Source: Phoronis australis
Taxonomy: Eukaryota > Animalia > Phoronida
DNA: 64,000 nt
Assembly: GCA_002633005.1 (NCBI GenBank)
Contig: NMRA01000225.1
Location: 49,284-113,283, forward strand
Direction: 5' to 3'
Part shown: one piece after another, positions 63,172-64,000 of the stretch
Layout of the letters: the number at the start of each line of letters is the position of its first letter
Position numbering within the stretch: the stretch's first letter is position 1
Made by a program: the position numbers and the translations under genes
The notes under the pieces: generated by a model
Database searches by the model: none
What the model saw: only the letters and a program-made list of their open reading frames with translations
What the model was told of the DNA's origin: nothing

Positions 63172-64000
63172 GTGGGTTGAATGAATAGTTTTACCATGGC
63201 ACATTGAAATTTTTTCAATTAAACTTATTATGTTATGTTGAAGGTACGTTTCAAATAAACTGGTCTCTTGGATTTTGGCTGAATGCAAAAAAGTCTGCAA
63301 TATTTGACACCATTGTGGAAAAATTGTTTTAGGAAATAAATGAGAATTGTGAGAGTGAAATTGTTCCCCAACTAAACTCAAATCTTTAGTTAATGTCAGA
63401 TTGGATTATAACTGTGTTCTTGTCAGAGTTGGCAGATAGGCACGATTCTAGGAAACAGCCATACCTAAATATAAATTATGTCAAATAATCATTTTGACAA
63501 AATATCATCCAGACAGCGTTTTTGAGATTTCGTTGTCTTGGACACTCATTTATAATAGAATTCATTTCTGTTTTACTATGAAAATTGCATTTTTATATGG
63601 TCACATTACCCAATTAAAGGCAGATTGGTATAAAGTCAATGAATCAAATTTTGCAAGCTTTCTAACTTTCAGAATATTTTTTATTAAATTACAGTCTTCA
63701 GTTTTGATAAATTAGACTCTTCTGGTGGATAAACTCTTACCGGCACTTAACGAGTTGCCACCATTCATTATCTTAGTTTTTGAGGTTTCAGTTAGCTAAT
63801 ATGAAATCATTATCATAAAATTGAACTAAGTAAGAACTTTTGACAGTCACGAATTTTGAAGAAAAATTAGTTATTTCCAAGTTTCCCGCCAAAGGATGCA
63901 ACGGGTTTTCCCTTGACAATCAATTGCAATGGCGGAACATAGCCCATATGGCTGTGAACCCAGCCTTCTGTAGAATGGAACTGGGTTGGATTGCAAGTAG

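Overview
AT-rich, repeat-dense animal genomic DNA, most likely a marine invertebrate such as a lophotrochozoan (inference from gene and transposon types). It is not prokaryotic: there are no operons, rRNA or CRISPR. The whole window lies inside one + strand gene, a fibrocystin-L (PKHD1L1)-like giant surface protein. I could chain 21 GT-AG exons with matching phases from 838 to 63171 (about 4.16 kb, about 1,390 codons, open throughout). They encode the pre-IPT region, 11 IPT/TIG repeats, a plastocyanin-like (cupredoxin) insert and the start of a G8 domain; both gene ends lie outside the window. Introns hold Helentron-associated (HINE/DINE-1-like) elements with internal ~450-bp trimeric satellite arrays, TTAA (Kolobok-like), Tc2-like and EnSpm-like non-autonomous DNA elements, one young and several old LINE fragments, a tRNA-derived SINE and minisatellites. 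Most notable: (1) the HINE satellite carries a CTCF-consensus-like motif every ~150 bp, always in one orientation; (2) the cupredoxin domain keeps a Cys-x6-His-x4-Met copper-type loop; (3) a ~5-kb element in the last complete intron appears to carry decayed antisense spliced genes; (4) a 30-nt Cys-encoding microexon. All calls were made by eye; repeat boundaries are approximate.
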